From Macrostomum lignano (Eukaryota), in contig NIVC01002847.1 in assembly GCA_002269645.1 (NCBI GenBank), positions 71,733-135,732 on the forward strand: a stretch of DNA of 64,000 bases. The letters run 5' to 3'. The first letter of the stretch is position 1; every line of letters begins with the position of its first letter. The notes under the pieces were generated by a model that ran no database searches, was not told the origin of the DNA, and saw only the letters and a program-made list of their open reading frames with translations. This document shows, piece by piece, positions 21,071-33,169 of the stretch. The translations under genes were made by a program, and so were the position numbers.

Positions 21071-22053
21071 TCCAAAATTTAGACCTAGAGTCGAGATATT
21101 CCAAATTTTTAATTTTTATTTTTTAAATTTCCAATTTTGAATCCAATTTTCTAAGTTTTAAATGCAAATTTTGATTTTGATAAAAAATTTAAGAATAAAA
21201 GTTTTGAAAGTATCGAATTTCAAAGTTTTTCATTTAATTTCAATCAATACTATTATTAGATTAGAACTTTGTTAATTTTATTGTCTAGTAAAATAGTGTC
21301 ATTATTCCAGTTTTTTAGTAAAGTTTTTAGATTTGTTAAACCAGTTTTATAGGCTAGTAGGCCTATATTGGCAAAACAATTTTTTTGTAATTTCGGAACT
21401 TTATGAACTCTAAAAGCTTTTAGAGTTATTTAAAAGATACTCATTATTTGCATTGTAATTTGTAAATAATACTATTGTTATTTATATGGTAACTAAAATA
21501 AATACTAGTCTTATATACTGTGTAGTACTTATAGCTATAGTATAATTATATTTAACCATTACCATTAATCTATCTTTTTGAAAGCAAATAAGTCATATTC
21601 TTGTTCATTTCTTTTGAAACACCTTTTGTACTTTTGTACTTTGGTACTTTGCATTATTGATAATATAAGCAAATAAAAACGCTATGCTACAACTAAGGAT
21701 TGATTCTGATCATGATCATAATCACGAAAACCATGATCTTAAGGAAAAAATCATGCCCAGTCTTTTGCCAATCACAATTTATGAATTCTATGAATAAAAC
21801 CTTACTTTTTTCTGTTATAGCACAGTCAAAGCAAACCAAAATTGCAATAAATTAACACAGATGTAACAAAGCCATATAATAAAATATATTGAAACAATAA
21901 AAATGATAAAAACAAAGCTTAAAAATTATTAAACTCAGTAGTTATTAATACTAATAGTTCTATTTTTAGTACATGGTATTATTCTAGTCATGCATGCAAA
22001 AATCATAGTCAATCCCTAGCTATAACATATTTTAATCATACCTAAACTCATGT

Positions 22054-22800
22054 GGGCCATTCCATATAATTATGGTCGTAACATGAGAGACTATTTTTAC
22101 TTATAAAATGAAAGATTATTTTGTCAAGAATATGTTTATAAAGTTTCATATAGATATCATCATTAGTATAGATGCTATTAAACCTTGAATGGCATTTATG
22201 GTTGTAACAACAGGATTTTTGACATATAGAAACTAAAAGGTAAAAGTGTAATAACATTTTTTATTTTTGATATTTTGCAATACATTCTTTAAAATTTGAC
22301 TAAGAACATCTTCAGTAATCATACTCTTTTTGTAAAATATATAAACTCAAAAAGGCAACAAAGATACAAAAGAAAAGGCAGCCTTATGGTCCTAACATTA
22401 TGGTCGTAACATATTTTTTTCTGTCAATTCAGTAACTTTGAGGTACCAATATATTAAAAATATAATAGATTATTTGGTCACCAATACTTTTATCTGATGA
22501 TCCAAGTACTATACTTTTATCTATAGTTTGTTTCAACTTTCCAAAGCTTTCTATTTGTTTTTAAAAGGTACACAAACTTAATGATGTCTTTTGCTTAGAA
22601 AATGTCCAATTTTTTTACAAAAACAACTTTTTGCCAATTGATAACATACTAATCCAACATTTTATCATTTATTTATTCTTAGATTATATACATTACATAC
22701 AAAAAAGAATTGGTAAAAAATTGGCTGATAAGGCAATGACAAGCAAAAATATTGACTTTTTTCTATTTTCCAAATATGTCCATCTTATATGGAATGGGCC
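22054..22800. mobile_element. Possible MITE
   Basis: 16-bp terminal inverted repeats GGGCCATTCCATATAA / TTATATGGAATGGGCC (one mismatch) around AT-rich noncoding DNA. TSD unclear. Confidence 0.45.
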
Positions 22801-22952
22801 ATCTATCAGCTTTAGTTAGTTGAAACTCATTATGAAAATAAAAAAATATAAGGCAAGGCAAATATTAGGTAAATAAATAGTTAACTATTTATAAGGTAGG
22901 CCTATTTATTTCAGTTGACAAATAAATGACACCAGCAATTTTTTAATTGTAC

Positions 22953-23161
22953 TGTAGGTTGCGTTTGGTTTGGGCCGTCGGGGTGGGGGCTGCTCTATTA
23001 GTATATGTACTTGCATCTCGCTTTCTTCTCTGTACATGCCCACCACCCCAGTTGGGTGAGTCACTTTAATCGATCTATCATCGCTGACTATTTAATCGCT
23101 CGTAAATTATCTTGCATCAAAATATACTTCGTAAACTTACTCTAAATTCTCGGCTCTTACA
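22953..23161 (+). repeat. 5' LTR
   Basis: TGTAGG...CTTACA, direct repeat of 27764-27972. Confidence 0.97.
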
Positions 23162-23195
23162 TTGGTGGCAGCGAGAACCCAGTGCAAGTGCACTC

Positions 23196-24017
23196 ATGGC
23201 CCAGAACACCCTTCTACCACCAAAGTTCAGTGGAACAGACGGCACTGACGTGAGAAAGTGGCTGCGCATCTTTGAGGAATTCGCCAACGATGCGAAATGG
23301 GACGACGCGACCTCAGCGTCGAAGGTGAAGCTGCTGCTCACGGGAGAAGCCCAACTGGTCGTCTGGGACCTGGCCGAGACAAGACAAAAGAGTTTTAAAA
23401 GTATAAAGGAGGACCTCACAAAGTTTTATGGAGGCGAAGCCGACAGCTTTAAGGCCATGAGCGACTTCTACGCGAAAAAACGTGGAGATGCCGAGACACT
23501 GCGTGAGCTCTGCTTTAACCTGAAGCTGCTACCCCAGAAAGCCAGACCGGAGGACTCAATTGCTCAGCGAGACCGAGATGTGCGCTTCAAGCTTCTGCAG
23601 CTGCTCAAGGCCGACATTCGTGACAACCTGCTTAAGGCAGAGGACGCAGAGACCTGCAGCCTGGAGACTCTGCTGCAGCGGGCGGCTCGGCTGGAGGAGC
23701 TGGCTGGGTGACAGTCGGTGGCGGCAGTCGGAGCCGTCAGCGCTACATCATCGGCAGAACCAAGCGAGGACCGCCTGGACCGACTGGAGAAACGCATGGA
23801 GGAGCTCATCGCGAGGGTCAGCGTACAGTCGGGTACCGACACTCGGCGTCGCCGTCAACAGCGAGGAGGCGGCTGCTTCAACTGCGGCCAGCTCGGACAC
23901 CGTGCAGCGCAATGTCAGCAGCGAGAGAAACAGCCGGGTCCGATCATCTGCCACAAGTGCTCTGGGCGGGGGCACAAGGCCTCTGTCTGCCCATCGAAGG
24001 CTCCGGGAAACCTTTAA
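23196..24017 (+). pseudogene. gag with in-frame TGA at 23709-23711; two CCHC knuckles
   Basis: MAQNTLLPPKFSG...W...F continues in the same frame past the TGA to CFNCGQLGHRAAQC and CHKCSGRGHKASVC. Confidence 0.9.
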
Positions 24018-24056
24018 GGGTTGGTGCAACGGGTGCGGGACCCACACCAACCCCAA
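24005..24056 (+). promoter_or_regulatory. -1 programmed ribosomal frameshift signal
   Basis: G GGA AAC heptamer in gag frame (24005-24011), 6-nt spacer, then stem GGGTTGGTG...CACCAACCC with inner GGGT/ACCC stem. The -1 frame is the pol frame. Confidence 0.85.
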
Positions 24057-27000
24057 GGAGCAATCCCGTGCTTCATGCTATTTTTATACCTGGAGAGGCA
24101 AACGGCAAGCCGTGCCGCTGGCTGCTGGACACCGGAGCGCAGACCTCGCTGATCAGCGACGTTGCTTTGAGAGAGCTGGACGGTCGCTGCGAGCTGAAGC
24201 CGGCAGATGTCAGGCCTGTGTCCGTGGACGGCTCCGTTCTCGAGCTGTTAGGAAGCGTGAGCATTACGGTGCGACTCAGTCATCAGCTGCGCAGACAAAT
24301 GGACGTGCTGGTGGTCAGAGGGATTCGCCCAAACTTCATCCTGGGGATGGATTTCGTGAGCAAGGCGGCCAGATCGCAGTTCAGCATCGACCAGGGTGCC
24401 AAGACAGTCGCATTCGATGGTGAGGCGGTTCCGTTCAGTAACTGCGATTCCAAGCAAGATGGCCCGCTGTCTTGTTGCTTGGTACCCACAGTGATCATCG
24501 CCAGAGTTCAGGGCGCCGTCGTGGTACCGCCAAGGTCAGTTAAAGTGGTGGACGTGACGACCGAGACCAAGCAGGCACATGGCATCTTCGAGCCGTCACA
24601 GGAGTTCATCGACAGAATCGGAGTGCTGCCCGGCCGCGTGTTCGCGGTGTCTTCAGAGAGCGGCAAGATTCCGGTTCAAGTGTGCAACCTCAGCTGCAGC
24701 CCGGTCACGCTGTTCTCCAACCAGAGCATCGGCACCTTCGAGAGCGCGGAGGTTATCGACGAGGACGAGGACGTGCACGAGTGGCGAGGCCCCGCAGACC
24801 AGTTCAACATCAATCCGGAGCTGCCGGAGGAGGACAGCAACCGTTTAGCAATGCTGCTGAGGGCATTTGCCGACGTGGTCTCAGTCCATGAGTTCGACGT
24901 TGGTACGAGCAGCGCAGCGCAGCACAAGATTGAGCTGGACGACGGCGCTCGCCCGATTCGCCAACGGCCTCGGCGGGTGCCTCACGCCTTCAGGAGGCAA
25001 GTGGACGAGAAGCTGGAGCAGATGCGACAACACGGCGTCATCGAGCCCTCCACCAGCCCGTGGGCGAGCAACCTGATAATCGTCAGAAAGAAGAATAATG
25101 ACATCCGAGTCTGTGTAGACTGGCGGGCGCTGAACAACCTCACAGTGAAGGACGCCCACCCGCTGCCGCATTTGCACCAAGCGCTCGACTCCTTGGCTGG
25201 CTGCTCATGGTTCTCTACGATCGACATGCGCCAAGGCTTCCTTCAGGTGGAGGTCAGAGAGGAGGATCGGCCGTTGACAGCGTTCTACACTCCGAGCGGC
25301 CTGATGCAATTCCGCAAAATGGGATTCGGCATGTGCAACGCGCCTGCGACGTACCAGCGAATGATGGAGCTCATCATGACCGGCCTGAGCTGGGAGGAGG
25401 TCATCGCGTAAATTGATGAGCTGATCATCTTCAACAGAGACATTGAGAACCACGTTCAGTCACTGTCCAAGGTGCTGCATCGACTGCGGTCTGCCAAGCT
25501 GAAGCTGAACCCAGACAAGAGCTTCTTTGCCTACCGGAGCGTCACGTACCTGGGTCACCAAGTCTCTGAGAGCGGCATCGCACCTGCCGCGGAGAAGGTC
25601 GAGGCGATCAGGCGGATGCCGGAGCCGCAGTCTGAGGAGGATGTTCGACGCATCATCGGCATGCTCAGCTTCTACCGCAGGTTCGTGCCCAACTTCTCTG
25701 ACATTGCCAAACCGCTGCATCACCTGGCTCAGAAAGGCGCGGGCGGCGGCTTCGTGTGGACGTCAGAGCATGCTGCGGTGCTGAAAAAGTTGAAGGACGC
25801 GCTGACCCAGGCCCCGGTGCTCCAGCTGCCCGACTTCAGCCGGCCTATCGTCATCAGCTGTGACAGCAGTGCTGTGGCCTTGGGTGCGGTGCTCAGCCAG
25901 GAGCGCGACGGCCAGGAGCTGCCAGTGGCCTACGCTTCCCGGACGCTGAGCAAGGCAGAGCGCAACTACAGCACCACGGACCGGGAGCTGCTCGCGATTG
26001 TTTGGAGCCTCAAGCAGTTCCGCATGTACCTGAGCAACAGCTGCAAGATCCAGGTGTTCACGACCACAAGCCGATCACTGGGCTGCTCAACGCGAAGGAG
26101 CCAACCGGTCGGCTGGCACGTTGGCTACAGCTCATTCAGGAGTTCCCCCTGGAAATCCTGTACCGGCCCGGCAAGGAGAACATCGTGCCAGACACCCTCA
26201 GCCGAGCAGCGGCGGTGCAGTTCCAGATCGCTAATCTGCCTGACGAGCAGGACCAGGACCAGGTTCTGCACGCGGTTCGGCACGCGATGCTCCAGCCCAA
26301 CTTTCAAGTTCCGGCGGCGGTGAGTGCGTCGGTCCAGAAGCTGCTGCCCTGTCTGACGCTGTCACCGGACGGCGCACTGCTCCACAACGGGTTGCCGGTG
26401 ATCCCCCAGCACATGAGAGCGGAGCTGCTGCACCAGGCGCACGACCGGCCGAGCGCGGGTCACCTCGGACAGCGGCGGGTGCTGCGGGCTTTGCGCGAGC
26501 GTTCCTGGTGGCCGGACATGCGCGAGGACGTGCGGGACTGGGTGCGGAGCTGCCTGGTCTGCCAACGACGCAAGGGAGCGCCAAAGCGAGCGCGTGCTGA
26601 GCTGGTGCGGCAGCCGCTACCGGCCAAGCCGTGGGCTGTCATGCAACTCGACATCAAGGGCCCACTGCCAGTCACCGAGTCTGGCAAGCGCTACATCATC
26701 TGCTTTGTCGACACATTTTCAAAGTGGGTGGAGGCGGCGGCCCTCAGCCAGATCGACGCCAAGACGGTAGCCGAGGCTCTGGTGACCTGTGTGGTGCTGC
26801 GGCACGGAGTTCCGGAGGTCGTGCACTCGGACCAAGGTCGCCAGTTTGAGGCCGAAGTTTTCAAGCAGACCTGCGCGCTGCTCGGAGCAGAAAAATCGAG
26901 GACCTCACCGTTTCACCCCAGCGGCAACGGGAACGTCGAGAGGTTCAATAGGACGCTGGGCAACATGCTCTCCGCATTCTGCTCAGAGAATCAGGCCAGC

Positions 27001-27655
27001 TGGGACGCCCTGCTGCCTATGTCGTGTGGGCCTACAACAGCTCTGAGCACAGCTCCACGGGCGAGTCGCCGTTAAAGTGCTACGCGGCATCGAGCCCAGA
27101 CTGCCGGTCGACTTGGCACTCGGTGGGCAGCGCGACCAGCCGCAGGACTGCGCGGACCTGCAGGCAAGAATCAGGCGCGGCTTTCAGGTAGTGCGGGCGC
27201 ACCTGCACACGCCCCAGAAATCGCAGCACGAGTTCTACAACCTAGGGGCAGAGACTACCGACTTCAAGACCGGTGACCGAGTGATGCTGACGCACCATGC
27301 GATGAAGCGCGGCCAGTGCAAGTCGCTGTCGAACCGGTGGTCCGGCCCGTTCATCGTCCTTAAGAAGGTCAGCCCTGTGAACTACCGGCTGCAGGCTGTG
27401 AACGGCAGGCGCCGCTTGCTGGTCCACCACGACCGCTTGAAGCGCTTTATCGACCGACCGAATCTGAGCGACAGGCCACCAGCCAAGCCGGCCACCGAGG
27501 ACGACTGTCAGAGCGTCGAGGACGCCGCGGGTCAGCTGGCCGGCCCGGACGCCTGGGAGCCGCTGCGCAACCTGGACGCGGCTGAACCCGGCAACACGGT
27601 GCGCCGGTCGGGCAGGCAGCGCCGGCGGCCGGATTTTTACACGGCGACCTGTTGA
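24005..27655 (+). pseudogene. pol (PR-RT-RH-IN), disrupted
   Basis: LLDTGA; SPWASNLIIVRKK...RVCVDWRALN; RT motif mutated to *IDE at 25409-25420; RH CDSS...DRELLA; frameshifts near 26060 and 27020; integrase HHCC (H...HLG...C..C), LDIKGP, SDQGRQF, GNVERFN, WSGPF. Confidence 0.92.
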
Positions 27656-27763
27656 CGTGCTTTCTTTCTGATCGGGACTTTTTTCGCGTTGCATGAACTT
27701 TTTTTGTTTGCTTTTGTTTTATCCCGTTTTTTTATCCCATGTATTTTTCTTGGGGGAGAGTGA

Positions 27764-27972
27764 TGTAGGTTGCGTTTGGTTTGGGCCGTCAGGGTGGGGG
27801 CTGCTCTATTAGTATATGTACTTGCATCTCACTTTCTTCTCTGTACATGCCCACCACCCCAGTTGGGTGAGTCACTTTAATCGATCTATCATTGCTGACT
27901 ATTTAATCGCTCGTAAATTATCTTGCATCAAAATATACTTCGTAAACTTACTCTAAATTCTCGGCTCTTACA
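27764..27972 (+). repeat. 3' LTR
   Basis: Direct repeat of 22953-23161, preceded by a purine tract. Confidence 0.97.
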
Positions 27973-28689
27973 GTACTATGCAAATAACAACTACCTTTGC
28001 AAATATATTGCATATTTTGGGCATATTATAATACAAAAATGTATGTATAGTTTACAATCTTGAATTGCTATAATATCCTATATACTAAAAATGAGTTGTC
28101 TGTATGTGGGTAGGTATGCGATAGATTTCAGAAAAAATGGCTCAACCGATTTTCTTCAAACTTGCACCATTTGCTCAGAAATTTTCCTGGGACGGTACAT
28201 GCATCTTGGCTAAGAAATTTCTCAATTTTAAAGGGATTAAATATTCGAAAAACATGCTTTTTTGCAAAGGTCAAGCAGCTCTTTCGACCTGAAATGCATT
28301 GTAAGAATGCTAGAGAAAAAACTGACTGGCTGAATTCCGATTGTGATAAAGATTGCATCACAAGTTGAATACAGTGCCCAAGAAATGCACACACGACTTG
28401 ATTTAAATTGCGTAACCATATTGCTAACTTAAATTGAGACTGATACTGGCTGACTGAGAAATAGATGTCTGACTTACTTTTTACTCCAAAGTATGTCTGA
28501 AGAAACTTTTTACTCCAATTGACTTGCTGTAAGAATTGAATTATAAGGGCCACAATTCCACAAGAAAAGAGATAGCCCTGATGCGAACAGACTGGAATGC
28601 TAATGTAGCGACCTGGGTTCGAATCTTAGTAGTGCAAAAAGATTTTTTATTAAAACACCTTAAAAACACAACAAAACTGCTAAACATCA

Positions 28690-31075
28690 AAGAAGCGCAA
28701 TGTCAAACATAGAAGAGCCAACATATCGAACATAAAAGAGTTACCATGTCAAACATAGAAGAGCCACCCTGTTGAACATTAAAGAGCCACCATGTCAAAC
28801 ATAAAAACCCACCATGTCAAACATAAAAGAGCCACCATGTCAAGCATAGAAGAGCCACCATGTCTAACATAAAAGAACCACCATGTCGAACATAAAAGAG
28901 CCACCATGTCAAACATTAAAGAGCCACCATGTCTAACAGTAAAGAGCCACCATGTCTAACATTAAAGAGCCACATGTCAAACATTTAAGAGCCACCATGT
29001 CTAACATTAAAGAGCCACCATGTCTAACATTAAAGAGCCACCATGTCAAACATAAAAGAGCCACCATGTCAAACATAAAAGAGCCACCATGTCAAACATA
29101 TATGTGACTCCATGTCAAACAGTAAAGAGCCACCATGTCAAGCATAAAAGAGCCACCATGTCTAACATAAAAGAGCCACCATGTCAAACATTAAAGAGCC
29201 ACCATGTCGAACATTAAAGAGCCACCATGTCCAACATATATGTGACTCCATGTCAAACATTATAGAGCCACCATGTCAAACATTAAAGTGCTACCATGTC
29301 AAACATAGAAAAGCCACCATGTCGAACATTAAAGTGCTACCATGTCAAACATAGAAAAGCCACCATGTCGAACATTAAAGAGCCACCATGTCTAACATTA
29401 TAGAGCCACCATGTCGAACATTAACGAGTCACCATGTCAAGTATATTCGTGACTCCATGTCAAACATAAAAGAGCTACCATGAAGAACATTAAAGAGCCA
29501 CCACGTAAAACATTAAAGAGCCATTATGTCAAACATAAAAGAGCCACCATGTCAAACATAAAAGAGCCACCATGTCAAACATTATAGAGCCACCATGTCG
29601 AACATTAAAGAGCCACCATGTCGAACATTAAAGAGCCACATGTCTTTTAACATTAAAAAGCCACCATGTCAAAAATTAAAGAGCCACCAAGTCTAACATT
29701 AAAGAGCCACCATGTCTAACATTGAAGAGCCACCAGTAAAAAATATAGAGCCACAATGTCTAACATTAAAGAGCCACCATGTCGAACATTAAAGAGCCAC
29801 CATGTCTAACATTATAGAGCCACCATGTTGAACATTAAAGAGCCACCATTTCAAACATTAAAGAGCCATCATTACATTAAGGTGCCACCAGGTCAAACAT
29901 TAAAGAGCCACCATGTCTAACATTGAAGAGCCACCATGTCAAACATAAAAGAGCCACCATGTCAAACATAAAACAGCCACCATGTCAAACATTAAAGAGC
30001 CACCATGTCTAACATTAAAGAGCCACCATTTCAAACATTAAAGAGCCATCATTACATTAAGGTGCCACCAGGTCAAACATTAAAGAGCCACCATGTCTAA
30101 CATAAAAGAGCCACCATATCAAACATTAAAGAGCCACCATATCAAACATTAAAGAGCCACCATGTCAAACATTAAAGAGCCACCATATCAAACATTAAAG
30201 AGCCACCATGTCAAACTTAAAACAGCCACCATGTCAAACATAAAAGAGCCACTATGTCAAACATATATGTGACTCCATGTCAAACAGTAAAGAGCCACCA
30301 TGTCAAGCATAAAAGAGACACCATGTCTAACATAAAAGAGCCACCATGTCGAACATAAAAGAGCCACGATGTCAAACATTAAAGAGCCGCACTGTCAAAC
30401 ATTAAAGAGCCATCATGTCTAACATTAAAGAGCCACCATGTCTAACATTAAAGAGCCACCATGTCAAACATAAAAGAGCCACCATGTCTAACATAAAAGA
30501 GCCACCATGTCAAAAATATATGTGACTCCATGTCAAACATTAAAGAGCCGCCATGTCTAACATAAAAGAGCCACCATGTCAAACATTAAAGAGCCACCAT
30601 ATCAAACATTAAAGAGCCACCATGTCAAACTTAAAACAGCCACCATGTCAAACATAAAAGAGCCACCATGTCAAACATTAAAGTGCTACCATGTTAAACA
30701 TAGAAGAGCCACCATGTCGAACATAAAAGAGCCACCATGTCTAACATTATAGAGCCACCATGTCGAACATTAACGAGTCACCATGTCAAGTATATTCGTG
30801 ACTCCATGTCAAACATAGAAGAGCTACCATGTCGAACATTAAAGAGCCACCATGTCAAACATATATGTGACTCTATGTCAAACAGTAAAGAGCCACCATG
30901 TCAAGCATAAAAGAGCCACAATGTCGAATATAAAAGAACCACCATGTCAAACATTAAAGAGCCATATTGTCAAACATTAAAGAGCCACCATGTCGAACAT
31001 TAAAGGGCCACCATGTCAAACATAAAAGAGCCACTATGTCAAACAATAAAGAGACACCATGTCAAACATAAAATT
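28690..31075 (+). repeat. 23-bp minisatellite (AAAGAGCCACCATGTCAAACATT), about 100 units
   Basis: Tandem array with recurrent variant monomers. Confidence 0.95.
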
Positions 31076-31169
31076 TACACAATTTCAAACGTAAACGTAA
31101 GCGTCATGCCAATTTTAAAGGAGCCACTATAGAGCTAAGGAAATTGTAGCACTAGCTACTTATTGTATG

Positions 31170-31333
31170 GTGGATGCTTACTATTTGGGGATGCTTGCTA
31201 TCTGGGGGATGCTTGCTATCTGGGCGATGCTTGCAATCTGGGGGATGCTTGCTATCTGGGGGATGCTTGCTGTCTGGGGGATGCTTGCAATCTGGGGGAT
31301 GCTTGCTATCTGGGGGATGCTTGCTATCTTGGG
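31170..31333 (+). repeat. 18-bp minisatellite (GATGCTTGCTATCTGGGG), about 9 units
   Basis: Tandem array; produces the spurious GDACYL-repeat ORF. Confidence 0.95.
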
Positions 31334-31858
31334 ATGATTTCTTTTTGCATTACACTTTATTTGAGCAGTTTGTCTGTCGTCTTTGTGAAGGCTTTTTTGG
31401 CTGTCTTTTTGTTACTTGTAGAGAACAGAGATTCTATACAGATGTCCCCCAACGGGGGGCGAAGATTGCTAGTATATCTCTAAATATTATATACAATTAT
31501 ATATTATATATTATATTATATATATTAATATATCTATCACTAGATATACATGATTAATGAACTATTTTGTAAATGCAAGAACAATAAAACATGCCAAGCA
31601 TAGAGGATATACACAATTAGGGTTATATATCCAGCTTCTTCACGTCGTCTGTATGATACTATAATATAATATAATATGAATATATTTTATTATATTATAT
31701 ATCATACAATATATAATATAATAAAATATAAATAATAAATAAATACAAATAAAATAATATAATATAAAATATATTCATATTTTCTATAGCTCTATTGCCT
31801 GAGTCCCAGCCTTATACAAGGGTTTAATGTTATTATATTAATTTGGCTAATAAGGCTA

Positions 31859-32000
31859 TCTCCTTATACTAAAACTGACGCGATGTTTGTCTGTCTGTAT
31901 GTATGTAGTAAGTGAACTCCTACAATTCTACCAAGTCAGCGTTGAAACTTATATCATATATACCAGTTAGAAAAGTGGCAATTGCCACAGAAAATTCTGT
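31859..32000 (+). mobile_element. Helitron-like 5' end (second family); 3' end not found
   Basis: A|TCTCCTTATACTAAAAC...TTTGTCTGTCTGTATGTATGT...TTGAAACTT, same architecture as 28076. Confidence 0.5.
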
Positions 32001-33169
32001 TATCCTACATATTCCAAAGTCTTAAGTATATTTGGTATATAGCTTTTTTGGAAAATTTATCATAAACCATATAATTGCATATTGTTAATATAACTTATAA
32101 TAATATGGTAAATTCTTATATAAAATGTTATCTAGTTTTTATAGATTATTTTATATGTGTTATTTTAAAGAATCACTATAAGCTCAAAATTTAGCTCAAA
32201 AATTCCTTCCTATTAAGTAGCCACTGCATCATCTGTCGGGAATCTGTGCATTCACACTGGAGTTCTGGTATCACCAGTGAATGCTTGACAGCTTGAGTTG
32301 TATTTGTGCAAGTGGCTGTACACCTTTTGAGTTGAATATCAAATTTTGCATGGCTATGGCCATTGGCCATTGAAAAACTATTTGATTATATATACATGAT
32401 TGCAAATCACACTGGAAACACTAGATGCATGATCTTTGTGAGGAAGGATAAGAAACTAGACTTAGCCAAATGCTCTTAAAACAAAGGCAAATTCAATGCT
32501 TATATTAAGATTGGTTCATAGACCACATAGTGTGTACATTATGGCTTGCACAGCTCTTAACCCTTTCACCACCTTCCTATCCTCCCTTCAAGGCAACTTT
32601 GTTAGTTGGCTTTTACTAAAGTTAAGGCAACACAAAAAAGCTCTGCTTAGCTAGATGGCTTGAATAGCCCTTGGCCTCCACCCCTTCACCTACCCCCTCC
32701 ACACTGCTATAGGCTAGCAATAGGGTTGAAAAGGGAAATCATTTACTGGAAATTTAGGGTAGCAAAAGCCTACCTTAAAGTTGAGAATGTATACTGTACT
32801 GTAGAAGATTGTAATTGATTTCATTTTAGTCACTGATAAGAATGTTTCTTATAAGTTGCTTTTACACTACTGTCCTAAGAGTAGTATCAGTTTTGCTTCC
32901 CACAGCAAGATAGGAAGTGATCTATCTAGTTATATAGTATCTTTGATGTATAGTCATATATGTACAATGTCTAAAAATCATAAAAATGGCACAGCTTAAC
33001 CTATTGGCTTTAGGAATCTATTTTATCATTCTTAGCCTAATGACTATATAACAAAGTGAATTATAGAATGGTAAATAGATTCTTTGTGATTTTTAGACAT
33101 AAGACATATACATGTAGATGAGATGGGACATAATTATATATTTTTTGCAGTCTAGTTGATTCTATGAGA

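Larger units (their letters stand above)
22953..27972 (+). mobile_element. Full-length Ty3/Gypsy LTR retrotransposon, young but inactivated
   Basis: 209-bp LTRs at 22953-23161 and 27764-27972 (3 differences); 4-bp TSD GTAC; PBS TGGTGGCAGCG (23163-23173, tRNA-Leu-type); PPT 27751-27763; domain order gag, PR (LLDTGA), RT, RH, IN. Confidence 0.97.
28076..31472 (+). mobile_element. Complete non-autonomous Helitron-like element carrying two satellite arrays
   Basis: A|TC 5' end (TCCTATATACTAAAA...TGTCTGTATGT...CAACCGATTTTCTTCAAACTT); 3' hairpin GTCCCCC-AAC-GGGGGGC (31444-31460) about 9 nt before CTAG|T (31469-31473); no TSD. Confidence 0.85.

Noticed and set aside
23709-23711. Programmed stop-codon readthrough in gag
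   Set aside because: The stop lies mid-gag before the zinc knuckles, the element has other inactivating lesions, and the gag-pol junction already has a -1 signal. A point mutation is simpler.
31163-31557. GDACYL / GGCLLS repeat proteins
   Set aside because: Translations of the 18-bp array inside the Helitron.
32220-32560. Cys-rich decayed coding remnant
   Set aside because: Stops in all frames and no recognisable family motif.
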